A stretch of DNA of 63,747 bases, filler included, from Octopus bimaculoides (GCF_001194135.2; 11 parts of 11 records of this genome joined end to end with filler, not necessarily neighbours in it), one strand, 5' to 3'; shown: positions 24,891 to 38,079, numbered from the whole stretch's first letter. Made by a program: numbers and translations. The notes: a model not told the origin generated them from the letters alone.

Positions 24891-25959
24891 TTCATTATGC
24901 TATAAATTTTCATTATCGACGTATTTCTGTATTAAAACACTGTATCCTGATTGGTTTATGTGAGGTGACCGAAAACTTTGGCACGGCCATTTTTGGTGGT
25001 CGTCTCGCATCTTCCTCGCTCATTGAGAACTCTTACTATAAAATATAATGATCAAATATGGAAATGACTTCAACTGTAAAAAACGCAATGCTAAACATCC
25101 ACTTATAAGTGGACAATTAATAGAAATTTAAAATAGTTTAAAGTGGCCGGAGACTTTTGCACGGTACTTTGTGACTTGTAGCTGTGATATCCCATTGTAA
25201 TAAACACGACAACTTCTGTGTTTATATACATTTTAAAAATCAAGTTATAATACCGTGTTGAATTAAGTAAAGAATGATCGTCATTTGAGAACACAGAATA
25301 TTAAAAGTCATTTTCCTGCGATCTATGACTGAAATTCCATTTCGAATCCAATTTACTGCCAATTCGTTCCATTTAGATCACTAACATCCTTTACAAAGGC
25401 ATGAATGTTCTACCATGTAATTTTCCTATTCCTCATACTACTAACCTTATATGTTGTGCTTATGTAATAAATCACAATTTCCTAATCTTAACACGAAATT
25501 TGCAAGACAGAAAAATTGCTCATTGTTACATTTTCACTTCGATTCTGATATGAATGGAAGATTTTATCGAATTCGTGTGGCAATGATGTTCCCAGTGCAA
25601 GGCACGTTGAACGAAACAGAAAATATTGATAAAAGACACTACTAAATAAACATTTCAGCGATTATAATGTTGGAGGCTGCTGAATAAGCATGGAGAAGTG
25701 GCGCAAGGCAGCGTCAGTTGAGCAGCAATATAAGTGGACATTAGCGGGAATGCTTCTAGCATTTCTATTGTTAAAATCAGATTCCTTGTGTCTCAAAAGG
25801 ATAGTTAAAGCGTGTGTGATATTTTCTTTAAATTCGCAGATTTTTTCCTTCCATCCACTCCTGCTAACAAATTCTGTATACACATCTGTATATATGAATT
25901 TCAGGCATATTACTATAGCGAAATGTGTTATTTTTGCATACATACATACATACATACAA

Positions 25960-26291
25960 TGAGAGATGAGAGCACTCCGTCGGTTACGACGATGCGGGCT
26001 CCAGTTGATCCGATGAACGGAACAGCTTGTTCGTGAAATTAACGTGCAAGTGACTGAGCAATCCACAGACACGTGTACCTCTAACGTAGTTCTCAGGGAG
26101 ATTCAGTATGACACAGAGTGTGACAAGGTCAGCCCTTTGAAATACAGGTAAAACTCATTTTTGTCAGCTGGGTGGACTGGAGCAACGTGAAATAAAGTGT
26201 CTTGCTCAAGGACACAACGCGTCGCTGGGAATTGAGCTCACGACCTTACAATCGTGAGCCGAATGCCCTAACCACTAAGCCACGCGCCTTC
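25960..26291 (-). mobile_element. tRNA-derived SINE with CORE-like central domain (family C)
   Basis: Minus strand GAAGGCGCGTGGCTTAGTGGTTAGGG... tRNA head, then TGTGTCCTTGAGCAAGACACTTTATTTCACGTTGCTCC. Other copies at 53120-53345, 60483-60770 and 61280-61590. Confidence 0.85.
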
Positions 26292-27775
26292 CCATGCATA
26301 CATACATACATACATACATACATACATACATACGTGCATGCATACACACGTGTGCGTGCGGCTCACAGATACCTACATACTTAAACACCAACGTAGACAC
26401 ACATATATACGAGAGTTTGTTTTCGGAGTTGAAAATGCACCTGGATTGTATGCAAAGTGTCTCAGCATTTCGAAATCCATTTTTTCATTACTTTAAACTG
26501 TGTGCAGCTGTACGTGGGCGCGCATTGTCGTAACAACAATAGACAATGGACCTCGGCGTTTGGTGTGAATTGCTGGTCTCAGTGTGTTGGCCAGCATTTC
26601 ACTTTAGCCTACGTTGGTGTAAGTTTATGATATTCTGTTTTCTTTTCTTTTCCTCTTTTTAAAACTATTTTTTAATAGTTAACTTATAAGAAAAATCTTT
26701 CTTTACATATTGTTCCGAAAACTTTTGAATGCATGTTAAATGATAAAGTTCCCTCCCGAATCATATTGACCCATAAATCCGGCTTCCCCGGTTCTGACGA
26801 GTATGTATGCTGCCCATCTATTGTGGACAGGACACCGGTTAGTCGTAGGGTTACTCATTCTTATTGGGAGAGTGGAATGGAACAACGTGAAATGAAGTGT
26901 TTTGCTCAAGAACATTTAAAAGAGTGCATATGACTTACTCTCTGGGACACGCATGCCCACACACACAAACACACACACGCTCGCACACACATATTTATGC
27001 ATGTATGGACAAAAGAATTGTGTTCCCACACAGAAAGGAATATAAGAGTTTGTTTTGGGGGTTGAAAATGTTCCTAAAGCTGAAAACATGCAGTTGCTTT
27101 ATACATTTTTTAAACAGATTTATTAAAATACGAAACCCTTTTCGACAATGTTTTTGTTTTGAAATCGTAATTAAATATAAAAAGAAAATGGTTTAGGAAG
27201 GATTGAATGTACGGGGGCAAATTCAGAGAAATATAGTTAAAAGATGAAATACCCAAACGAACTTCACTTTGAGGGACAGAATGACGATACACAGACAACA
27301 GACTTGGGACTCCATGGCTAGGAAAATCTCATCAGTAAACACTTAGATTTGTGCCCAGTGAAAAAAACCTAGAATATCAGATTTTCCCTCTCTATCAATG
27401 CAGCGGAAGCACTACAACCCAATTCCGATTAAATATGGAAAATATGATTATTAGCAAATATAAATCAACACTAAGTACCCTATGACAACACACCAAAATG
27501 AGAAAACTGAATTAATTCACGAAAAACAAGAGATAAAAATCAAAAGTTTAAGTAAAGAGCTGCCTTCTAGATTCGAAGCACAAACTCCAAACACCTTTAA
27601 GCATGTTTTTCCACGTTTTCCCCTGTACATTCAATCTCTCCACAATTTTGACTTTCTTTTTATTTACCATTGAAAAACGAAAAAAAAACAAAACAAAAAA
27701 ACAAATTGTCGAAATCTGTTTGATATTTTAGTAAATTTCTTACAAAATCTAAAAGCGATCATTGATTTTAAGACG

Positions 27776-28122
27776 GTGACATTTATACTAGAATCAGTGA
27801 GACTTATCCTGGAAAATAATACGTTCTTCTTCAATGGTAAGAACTATATCCAAATTAAAGGCACGGCTATGGGGACGAGGTTTGCCCCCGTTTATGCGAA
27901 TTCGGTGATGGGTTACTTGGAACAAAAACTCTACCAGGAAATAGAGGAGAGATATAACACCGAATTTAGGAAGCTTATAGAAAAAGCATGGAAGAGATAC
28001 CTGGACGATTGCTTCATAATCTGGACCAAACCTCAAAGCATTATGGAGGAATTTAACACCCTCCTGAACAACCTACACCCATCCATCCAATTCACAAAGG
28101 AGATGAACAGTAGCAAATTACC
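27776..28122 (+). mobile_element. Penelope-like reverse transcriptase, uninterrupted frame cut by gap
   Basis: LILENNTFFFNGKNYIQIKGTAMGTRFAPVYAN...WKRYLDDCFIIW...LNNLHPSIQFTKE. The GTAMG and RYxDD motifs are typical of PLE RTs. Confidence 0.93.
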
Positions 28123-31100
28123 NNNNNNNNNNNNNNNNNNNNNNNNNNNNNNNNNNNNNNNNNNNNTTAATTAATTAANNNNNNNNNNNNNNNNNNNNNN
28201 NNNNNNNNNNNNNNNNNNNNNNTATTAAAATCTCATTGCCTTGTTTTATGTTGCATATTCAAAATAAAGAATTTTTTAAAATAGTGGAGCGTGGAAGGTG
28301 TTTATAAGTCATTTAAAAAAACACAAAAACCGTTATATTCAATTCAAATTTAATTTAAAATATTTTCGTCGCTTTGAAACCGCGACTTGTTCACCGAGAA
28401 AGTTTCGTACTGCATCTGAGAAAGTAAGTTTATGATGTGTATATTCTTTTTCCCAATTTCTTTGAAACATTAACAAAACATCGGTCAGTGTTTTTTTTTG
28501 TTTTGTTTTTTTTTGTTTTTTTTTCCCCTACTTCCTCTAATTCATGAAACGTTTTGTAGCTGAAGCAGTCTCGTGCCCTATGGATAAAATTTAGATGTAG
28601 GGGACATTTTGTTAGCAAATGTTAATTAGTTTTGGTACAGCACCACCAGGTCTGAGGAAGGGGTAAATCGACTTCAGTATCCCAACTACTACTAATTTTG
28701 TCAATCATGAACGGCGATTTCGTCCCCAAGAGAGTTTGAACTCGGAACGTATAGGACGAAACGCCGGCGACCGATTCAGATGCATCGCTGCCTTTTACTA
28801 CCAACGACAATACTCCTACAGTTATGCATTTTTCCTCACAGCAAAAGTTACGAAGTGGAGTGAAAGCGGCTTTCGAAATATCCGGTGATCCTTTGTTAGA
28901 TTAATGTTTAGTGAAGCTATATACTTTCTATTTCCTGTTTGCTAATCCGAAAACTCTTTCGAAAATAATCAACCATTTCTCGTTGCATACAAGGAAAATC
29001 ATAAAATTAGAACGAAAATAGGTTAGTTTTGTTACCAATAAAGTTAGACGGAGTTTTAACGATATTAATGATAGACATGGCTGTATTTTACACAACAGAA
29101 AAGCTACCGAATCTAGTTACTCAACCTTAAGACTCACGAATACGAGAGAAAACATCAAAAGAAATTGTCTTAGGATGTTCTTGCTGCAATAGATGATAGT
29201 GGTGCTGATGATTCTGTTTACCGTATTCAGATTGCATGATACTGTGTTACGTTTATTTTTTAAAAAATGAGGGAAAGATAAAAATACGAAAATGCTGAAC
29301 TTTATCACGCAAAAATAAAATATGTACCGGTTTCGATTGTTTAAGATGACTTGCTTGATGCTGGAATAAAATGGAAAAATTGAAATGAAACGTTCATAAT
29401 ACTAGTTGTGGATGTTCATAAATCTTTTTATAAAAATCATTTAGTGCTGTACTTTGTGTGTTCGCCTGTGGATATATTTCTTATCTTTGTATGGGTGATC
29501 TCTAAGCACAAAAAGCTATGAACAGCGTTTAAATAGTTTAAAAAGAAAACGTCTGGCGAGAAAAAGTCGATGGCTGCCCGTTAAGAATGGCGGTTAATTG
29601 CTTTAATTCATATTGTATAAATAAATAACCGCGTCAGATTAAGGCGAGGAGGGGTTGACTTCCACTGAAAAATATAGTGATTGATTATTGAAGTAAATTG
29701 GCGATCTGGCAGAATCGTTAGCACGTCGATAAAATACTGGAGTAATTTCTTCCGGTTCTTCACAATCTGCGTTCAAATTGCAACGAGGCTGATATTGCTT
29801 TTCATTTCATGGTCGATAAAATAAAATACCAATCTGTAATCGTTTGCCCCATCTACTCAAAGTTGCTGGCTTTGTGCAAAGTTTAGAAAGTTAAATAATA
29901 AACTCCAGTTAGATGCAAAAAAAAAAAGGGTGGGGAAACGTCAGAAGGGTGTGTGTTTCTTTACTCTGTCCCAAATTAGTTCTGATTAAGGTCACTCAAT
30001 ATTGAACATCTCAGCAGTAAATTCATTCGTAAATTTGAGTCCTGGTATTCTTTGTGTCATAAATGTTGAATCGCAATGAGACACCTTCTGTATTTACATT
30101 ACAATATATTTACGCAAACATTTTAGCACACCCTACAACGTCGGAGGCTTACATAATGCGTGCGTGTATATAGACGGCGGACCAAAAGTCATGCACCTAA
30201 ACATATGACATTTTATTCATTTTACGTTATTACTACTATTATTTATTAAGGTATAAGAGCTGGCAGTAATCGTTAACACGCCGGCTAAAATGCTTAGCGG
30301 CATTTCGTCCGTCTTTACGTTCTGTGTTCAAATTCCGCTAAGATCGACTTTTCCTCCTATTCTTTCGGGGTCGGTAAATTAAACACTGGATTCGATGTAA
30401 TCGATTAACTCCTCCCCCAAAATTTCAGGGCTATTATTCATTTTTGTTCATCTTGTACAAGTATGTGAGCATTCATCGTTATTTTATTCAATTTTACGAA
30501 TATTGAAACATGACTTTCACAATTCTGGAGCGTATTAAGCTTATTGGTGCGTAACTTTAGGTCCACACTATACATATGATGTGGTCGTGTTTTTTGGTGC
30601 TGGTAAGCGTTTTGCTATTTTCGGATTCCTTTTTTTCGTGGATTGCTACCGTTGTTGTGTTTGTTGAACTTTGTTTTTACTCTTCCACGGTATACCGGGA
30701 AATAGGATCTGTTAAATTTAATTCTGTGGCCATTGTGGCATTGCTTTGTGGGTGGGGGTGGGGTAAAAATTCGAAGTGTTTCATGACGTTTTAGACTTTG
30801 TTTTTATATAGGAGGCGGGATTGGGACTATTGTCCTCTATTAAAGGAAAATTTATTATAGACTTCCGCTTTAAGTGGAAGCCATATCTTCTGTTGAACAT
30901 TTTTTGTAAACTTTGAAAAGCCGTTGTAGGCTTTATTTTTGTATTGAATTAATTTTGACCGAATATGTCGATCGAAATTATTAAAGAAAAGTGCGGCGTT
31001 ACCTGTTCGCGATAAACTGTCAAGGCACTATTAAAGCAGCAAGCTAGCAGAATTGTTAGTACTCCAGACAAAATGCGCAGCGTCATTTCGTCCGTCATTA

Positions 31101-31491
31101 CGGTCAGTGTTCAACTTCCACCGTGATCGATTTTCCCTTTCGTTCTTCATGGGGTCGATAAAATAAGTTCCACTCTAGCACTTAGGTTAATATAATCAAC
31201 TGACCTCTTCCCCTAAAATTCCGGACATTTTGCCCATAATAGAAAGGATCATTCAGGGTAATCCTGGATATGCCGGGGTCCTTGATTGGCTCAAATGGGA
31301 GTTTCTCCATGTATCAGGAAGACTGCATCATTCATGTTATCACATTCTTTGTTTACTATGAATACTTTTATCGCATTTCACTATCTTTTCCATTTTTTTT
31401 TTGCCTCATCTTTTAGCTAAGTCCCCACGAAAACTTGTGTGTCCATATGATACTCCATCCCATTTATGCCCTTATGGCTAAAAAAGAAATT

Positions 31492-31523
<32 letters not shown>

Positions 31524-31546
31524 TATTACTATTATTATTATTATTA

Positions 31547-32070
31547 TTGAGTGAGAGAGCAGTGCATGCCTTCAAAGTGACACTGGGGTAAAATATACGA
31601 AGCCCATTATACCCATCATGACTACCCGTCTGATAAGAGTACACCAGGCACATGCATCACAACCATATGTGCGCGACATGGTGATCGCATGACCTCGCAA
31701 GTAGGGCCCAGTTAGAATTTTCTTCAGGTTGAGTAGCCCATCCTTCTCAAAAGGTCCCTGAATAAGGTTTGTTTAAGGATGTTGAGCAAAACACCCATGT
31801 TTCCAAAGGTGAATTATTCAAACCCCAAAGAACTCCTCTCAACACATGGCTATGATGCTACCCCACTACTTCTGCTCGTGATCAGAGATGCATATATCGT
31901 CAGCCACCAAGGGACATGCTCAACTGGTTAAGGTCAAACAACTCACAAGCAAATCTGTGGCATTAAGCAGAATATTTGCTGTAAACCATCTTTTTATACC
32001 AAGACAAAACAATGTACATGATAACACTTCCAATCAATTAAGATCAGAAGCCATGAGAGCCACTGCCTGA
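31547..32070 (-). mobile_element. Unclassified interspersed retroposon 3' end with (TAA)n tail
   Basis: A second partial copy lies at 46761-46922 with high similarity. The element abuts an (ATT)n/(ATC)n run, i.e. a (TAA)n tail on the minus strand. Confidence 0.6.
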
Positions 32071-32084
32071 TAATGCATCAGGGC

Positions 32085-32118
<34 letters not shown>

Positions 32119-32307
32119 GTACTTGGGGATGGTCATATTGCCAGTTTAGCCAATACAACAACATCTGTTTCAACACACGATTTCACATCAAAGATCTTGC
32201 AAAACAAATATTTAAAATTATTATCGTCGTCGTCGTCGTCGTCGTCGTCGTGGTGGTGGTAGTGGTAGTGGTGGTGTTGGTGGTGGTGGTGGTGGCGGCG
32301 GCGGCGG

Positions 32308-32510
32308 CGGCGGCGAGCTGGCAGAATCGTTAGCACGCCGTGCGGAAGGCTTAGCAGTATTTCGTCGGTCACTACGTTCTGAGTTCAAATTCCGCCGAGG
32401 TTGACTTTGCCTTTCATCCTTTCGAGCAACGATAAATTATGTACCTGGAGTCGATTAATCGACTATACCCCTCCCCAAAAATTCCAGGCCTTGAGCCTAT
32501 AGTAGAAAGG

Positions 32511-32512
<2 letters not shown>
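32308..32512 (+). mobile_element. tRNA-derived SINE family B (best-preserved copy)
   Basis: GGCGGCGAGCTGGCAGAATCGTTAGCACGCCG...GAGTTCAAATTCCGCCGAGGTTGACTTTGCCTTTCATCCTTTCG... Other copies near 7430-7600, 28620-28800, 29690-29880, 30250-30430, 31040-31250, 46935-47045, 51350-51560 and 58460-58700. Confidence 0.85.
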
Positions 32513-32581
<69 letters not shown>

Positions 32582-33048
32582 TACCAAATGCAATAAATAA
32601 TTGCAACGGCTGTTGCAGTTATCCTGTATTATACTGTCAAATACATTTGTTGTCAGAGTAATGTTGCACAAATATAATATACAGTGCTGTCTCCGCCATG
32701 TTGTTTCTTTATTTTTTTTTTTTTGCTGTATTTGCATTATATTCTGCAACATAAAACATGCATCACGTGTCCTCGGTATTATTGTTTTCGTCGTTCATTT
32801 TCTTCTTGCTGTTGTGTATGTATGTGTGTGTGTGTGCGTGTATTTGCGTGTGTCTTTGTGTGCATGTGTGTATGTGTGTGTATATATGCGTATGCACAAA
32901 GTATTAATGTATGTTCCATATTTCGTTTGTGAAAACCGTTAATGAAAAGAGGTAGTATTCGTAGCTTGTACTTTATACATGTACCTGTAACAATACATAT
33001 ATACGTACATAAGTGCATACTTTCGTAACGTACAACATACGTATATAC

Positions 33049-33114
<66 letters not shown>

Positions 33115-33642
33115 NNNNNNNNNNNNNNNNNNNNNNNNNNNNNNNNNNNNNNNNNNNNTTAATTAATTAANNNNNNNNNNNNNNNNNNNNNNNNNNNNNN
33201 NNNNNNNNNNNNNNATATATATATTCTCTTAGTTTTTGTGGAAAAAAAATTATAAATTGAAATTAGTTGAACAAGCTGAAAAATTTGCTGAACGCTAATT
33301 TAAAGATACCGTGACTAGATTTGTTTCTTTTTTTTTTTTCACTTGAAAGTAATTTATAAAGAAAATTCAAGAAATTTTTACACATATTGGTGGAATTCTT
33401 TATTAAGAGCACAGAAAAACAAACAAGAAAAAGCCTCAAACATTTACTGCTGACGTCATTTCTAATAAATTTTATTCATTCAGTTCAATAAGTAAAACGA
33501 TTTGTCAACCAATGTGCCGATAGAGAAATATTATATTCCTCAATAGATAACTCTCCATCTCTTCTCGTCTCTCTTCATGCTGTCGGTCGGAGACTATCTA
33601 TGTGTGTTTAGCAACTAATGGGATTATGGGCGTGTGAAAAAT

Positions 33643-33673
<31 letters not shown>

Positions 33674-33955
33674 GGTGTGTGTGTGTGTGGTGGTGTGTGT
33701 GATCGTGTAGCGTGTACTACCTAGGAACACATAGGATCCTCAACAGAGCACATTTAATTTGTCAAACAAAGTATTATTCACTTGAAGTAATTAAAAATTA
33801 AAGCCCCGCAGTCAACCATATAACCAAATATGAAAGAGAAATGAAACAGAAAAATGGACTTCAGATATTCCATACAAAGAAGATACACGCATATTTACCT
33901 CACTGGATATCTTACACGAGAGTCATGTGTGTATGCGTAGATGCATGATTTCTAA

Positions 33956-33986
<31 letters not shown>

Positions 33987-34004
33987 TGAGTGTATGCCTG
34001 CATG

Positions 34005-34040
<36 letters not shown>

Positions 34041-34199
34041 TATATGTACGTATATATATGTATACACACACGATTTGGAGATGCTAGGTAAAGAAAAAAT
34101 ACATATAAAAAGATATATGAGGCTGGGTGACCTCATGGATAAGCCTGTGAGCTATACAGGCGGCAAGGGGTTAAGTGCCTTGCCCTTGTATATGCGGTA

Positions 34200-36000
34200 G
34201 GTAGGCCTAAGGTGGTATATCTGGAGTAAAAGTGGCGAATGTCCTGACGTTCACTAGCAGGGCATATCTCTGGTGGCAACGATAAAATAGTTCATTCTTT
34301 CCCTTGATGGATACCGCAACCGTGAGCTCCGAGTGAGAAAGAGCGGGGCTCTGTCAATGATACACCATTCGATTTTGGGGCTGTAGTTCCGATAGTCGCA
34401 GAGTCTCCAGATAAAGCGGTCCAGGTGTGTGTGGAAGGAGTGCATATGCTGCGAATATCTTCTCTTAAAGACATTGGCCATCATGCCTGTGTAGTGTCTT
34501 GTGATGCCATCGGATTGTGTGAAGGTAACTCTGAAGAACACGGCATTTGAAAGGCTGGATCCTCTCAGTGGGCAGTTGGCGGAATTCCAGCATTTTCAGG
34601 TTGGGTTGTGTTGGTTGGTTGCTGTAGGTGTGTATGCTGGTGTATATTGTAGTGTGTGAAGTAAAAAGCGAGGTTGTCAAAACTGGAGTAATTAATCTTA
34701 ACACGTTGGGGTGGTTATAGAGGTGGTGTTGAAGAGCTTATAGTACTTATGGCTCCTATGGAAATGCTTCTTGGTCAAGAACAAGAAGCACCTTGCAATG
34801 TTGGTAGAAACCTTTGGGTTATATGGAGGGTTGAACCAGATTATCTTTCCCTCTCTGGCTCTCTCCGGGTGCAGGGATGGTGGTTCTCCACATATGTTAA
34901 CTTCTCAGTGCATCCAATCCTCCTTAATGCCTCGTTGTAAGGAGGGCGGCTTTATTGAAGATCTTCCCGTCTGCTGAAAGTCTTGACATTCGATTCTTCT
35001 ATTGTTGTCTGAGAATAGAATTCTAATTATAGCCGTCGAGTGGTTAGAGTTTCTGTGGATATACAGAGTGTCCTCGATGTTCTTCTTGTATGGGTAGTAC
35101 TTTCATGTTTTTATTTCAATGGTTCCGTTCAGGAAATCGACTTTTGTCAAATTGGTGGTAACTTATAGATAGGGCGAATTATTATTTGAACTTGTCCATG
35201 GCAAGACTTGTCCATGTAACCTGAGATTGCCAGACCTTCGTCTCTATTTTGGGCCGAATTATGAGTGTGTGTGCTTCCTAAGAATGTCAAAAAGGGATAA
35301 TCTGATGAAGATATCAGTCTCAATAGATACGTCGAAAAGTGGATCATCTTCTTTCTTTACCCAGTAACCAATTTTGACATCCAGGCATTCATGATAACCT
35401 TTATATCGAGATTGCTGATATTGATGAATTTCTTGCTAAAATTTAAAGCCTTTAGAAGGAGGGATTTTGATATTAATGGGTAGAAATTCACACCCTGAAA
35501 CTGGGTGAATCTGCTGGCAGCCTTTTTTGCAATGCCGCGGAACAAGTCGATTACTGCAGTGCTGCAATCACATTGGAACAACCCTGTGGCCCATCTAGTA
35601 CCAGAGTTTAAAGTACCGAGAATACGTTTGCTAACAATGTCCATCTTGCTTTTTTGAGCCTGTGAACTTTGAAGATGACATGATGAACATCGTAAAGAAG
35701 GTAAGGTTTCGGTGTCGTTCAAATCCCTTCCTTAACTGTTTAAACAATTACATGGCAAAAATAAAGCAATCACCTAATGCACACATCCTTGCAGAAAAAA
35801 AAAGAATGTGTATGAAACTAACACTTGTACGGTTGCGAGAGTTTTTACAAATACAATTATTAAATACAAGAAAACGATCATTAACTCAATTTTTTTCTAA
35901 TCCCAAATGCAGCCTGATCAACCCCTCTTAGAGCTAGGTATTATTAGCAAACGTATTTCCGATATATTATGTTCTACGGTGATTCTCGCCACCAACACAG
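34200..36000 (-). mobile_element. Decayed Naiad-type Penelope-like element with inverted 5' segment
   Basis: Minus strand: KSKMDIVSKRIL...VNFYPLISKSLLLKALNF, NRDEGLAI (YRDDGL-like), KIIWFNPPYNPKVSTNIARCF, C-x5-CPLRG, HYTGMMANVFKRRYSQH. From 35662 the upstream RT part (FEDDMMNIVKKVRFR...NPKCSLINPS...ELGIISKRI) is on the plus strand. Confidence 0.88.
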
Positions 36001-36187
36001 TATCCTACCACGTGGTTCTAGACATTCAAAACGAGAATTGATGTCGCTACCAAATTGATAACGCCATGTATTCGTTAACCAAAAGCAGCTAAATATCCAG
36101 AAGCCACTTCGATCTCCCCGTCATTCTGTTTTACGAGTCTAAGGAGATCGCTTCATGTGTTGCATGTAGTCGAATCAGACTCTTACT

Positions 36188-36244
<57 letters not shown>

Positions 36245-36708
36245 CACACAACCTTAACATTCAGAATTTAAAATTCAGAATTCATCCAAGTCTAGGGCTC
36301 CGTGCCATACATGCCCCATAAAATTTAGACCCATAGCATATCAACACACTACAACAATTACGAACCCTCAACAGGTCCTCTTCTATTATCCTTATCTTAA
36401 AACAAATGAAACCAATTTGTCCAAATGGTATTTGGACAAATTTCTTCAAGGGATGTCAGATATATTGAATGAGCCATGACAGCACAAAACTTTAAAATGA
36501 CTTAACGGATTCTTTCAGGTAGTGCTATTAAGTCAAACATGGATTGGACCAAATTTGGGCAAAACATATCTTGGTTTATCGATATATGCATGTATACAGT
36601 CAATCCAAACATGAACAAGCAAGAAAGAACACGAAAAAATAACAACGCGAGTACGTGGAATGAGTACAGTGTTATTGGACGCTCAGGAAAGGAAAGAAAA
36701 GAAAGAGG

Positions 36709-36743
36709 ATTTCACGTTTCGAGCGGAGCTCTTCATCAGAAAT
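36709..36743 (-). ncRNA. Degenerate minimal type I hammerhead in PLE pLTR-like repeat
   Basis: Minus strand ATTT-CTGATGA-A-GAGC-TCC-GCTC-GAAA-CG-T-G-AAAT. A G at the cleavage position should inactivate it. Confidence 0.65.
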
Positions 36744-36944
36744 ATAGAAAAAGACCAAAGAAGGGAAGATGGAGAAAGAAAGTCGCCAACGATACACACG
36801 CGGTCACACACACACACAAACACACACACACACACACACACACANNNNNNNNNNNNNNNNNNNNNNNNNNNNNNNNNNNNNNNNNNNNTTAATTAATTAA
36901 NNNNNNNNNNNNNNNNNNNNNNNNNNNNNNNNNNNNNNNNNNNN

Positions 36945-37328
36945 TGACAATATAAAGCTATCTTCAGCCGCAAATGTATTCTCTCCCAAGAATTATATCA
37001 CATAGGCGTTAAAGGAGGAAGAAAGATGAGATATAAGAGGTGAGGTTCCGTTTGGTATTTTGCATTGTACTATACCTCGTAGAATTCTTAATTTGATATA
37101 TTTATACATAATTTTCTCGGTACTCCGGAACCATGCCACAATTCAGTGTGTACCGAGAAAATTATGTATAAATATATCAAATTAAGAATTCTACGAGGTA
37201 TAGTACAATGCAAAATACCAAACGGAACCTCACCTCTTATATCTCATCTTTCTTCCTCCTTTAACGCCTATGTGATATAATTCTTGGGAGAGAATACATT
37301 TGCGGCTGAAGATAGCTTTATATTGTCA
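36945..37328. repeat. Perfect 179-bp inverted repeat with 26-nt spacer at contig edge
   Basis: 36945-37123 is the exact reverse complement of 37150-37328. Confidence 0.97.
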
Positions 37329-37376
37329 ATTATACACTGATGTAACTACTATAAAGCTTGAAACACGTGTACCGCA
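37301..37376 (+). ncRNA. Type I hammerhead ribozyme
   Basis: TGCGG-CTGAAGA-T-AGCTTTATA-(27 nt)-TATAAAGCT-T-GAAA-CACGTG-TA-CCGCA. Perfect stem I, 9-bp stem II, palindromic stem III, GUA triplet. U.U replaces the usual G10.1-C11.1 pair. Confidence 0.78.
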
Positions 37377-38079
37377 GAATCCTTTGTGTTTTTGTTTTTA
37401 TTTTTGCATTTACAATATATTTATATATATATATATGGATGGGTGGATTTATTTATTTATTTATTTTATTTACCCGCTTTTTTTTCAGTATGTGTATGTA
37501 TCAGTATGTGCATGTCTGCACTTCCACATATTCTCACATTTTTAAAGAAATGCTCTGCCTATCTGCTTAAATTAATTTTGAAAATATTAAAGGATTTAGA
37601 GGGAATTAGTTTAATAATTAATGAACAAGTTAAATTAGTAGACTCACTCAAAACAGTCTTTGAAATTAAAATACTGGTGTACATAACATTTGTGTATGTA
37701 CAAGCATGGCATGGGACTAGCTGTAGTATTTTTGTTTCAGAGAATCTTGTCAGAGATTTTTTTTGTGTTAAAAAAAAAGCTGGGTTACACTCATAATGCA
37801 AGACATAGTGTTTTGACCTGAATTAATTTGCTCAGTGACAAACACATTGGAGATTCTGAGCTAAGCCATAAATGCTTGTTCTGATATAGAAATAGGTAAA
37901 CAAAGGCATTTTCTGATTTATCTGAACATTAGCCTGGCTAGAATTAAGTTGAAGCAAATTAAAATATTGGTTTGAATAACATATTGCATATACAAATGTG
38001 GAACAGGATTATCTGTGATGTTTTGTCTCATAGAATCATCTCAAAAAGATTTATGTTTATATCAGAACAACCAGAGTAT

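Noticed and set aside
28360-28400. Minus-strand GTCGC/GCGAC stem plus GAAA as a hammerhead
   Set aside because: The core needs two changes and no stem I pairing was found.
34527-34570. CTGAAGA...GAAA on the + strand as a hammerhead (similar hit at 35302-35345)
   Set aside because: Stem I and II do not pair, and both lie antisense within PLE coding sequence.
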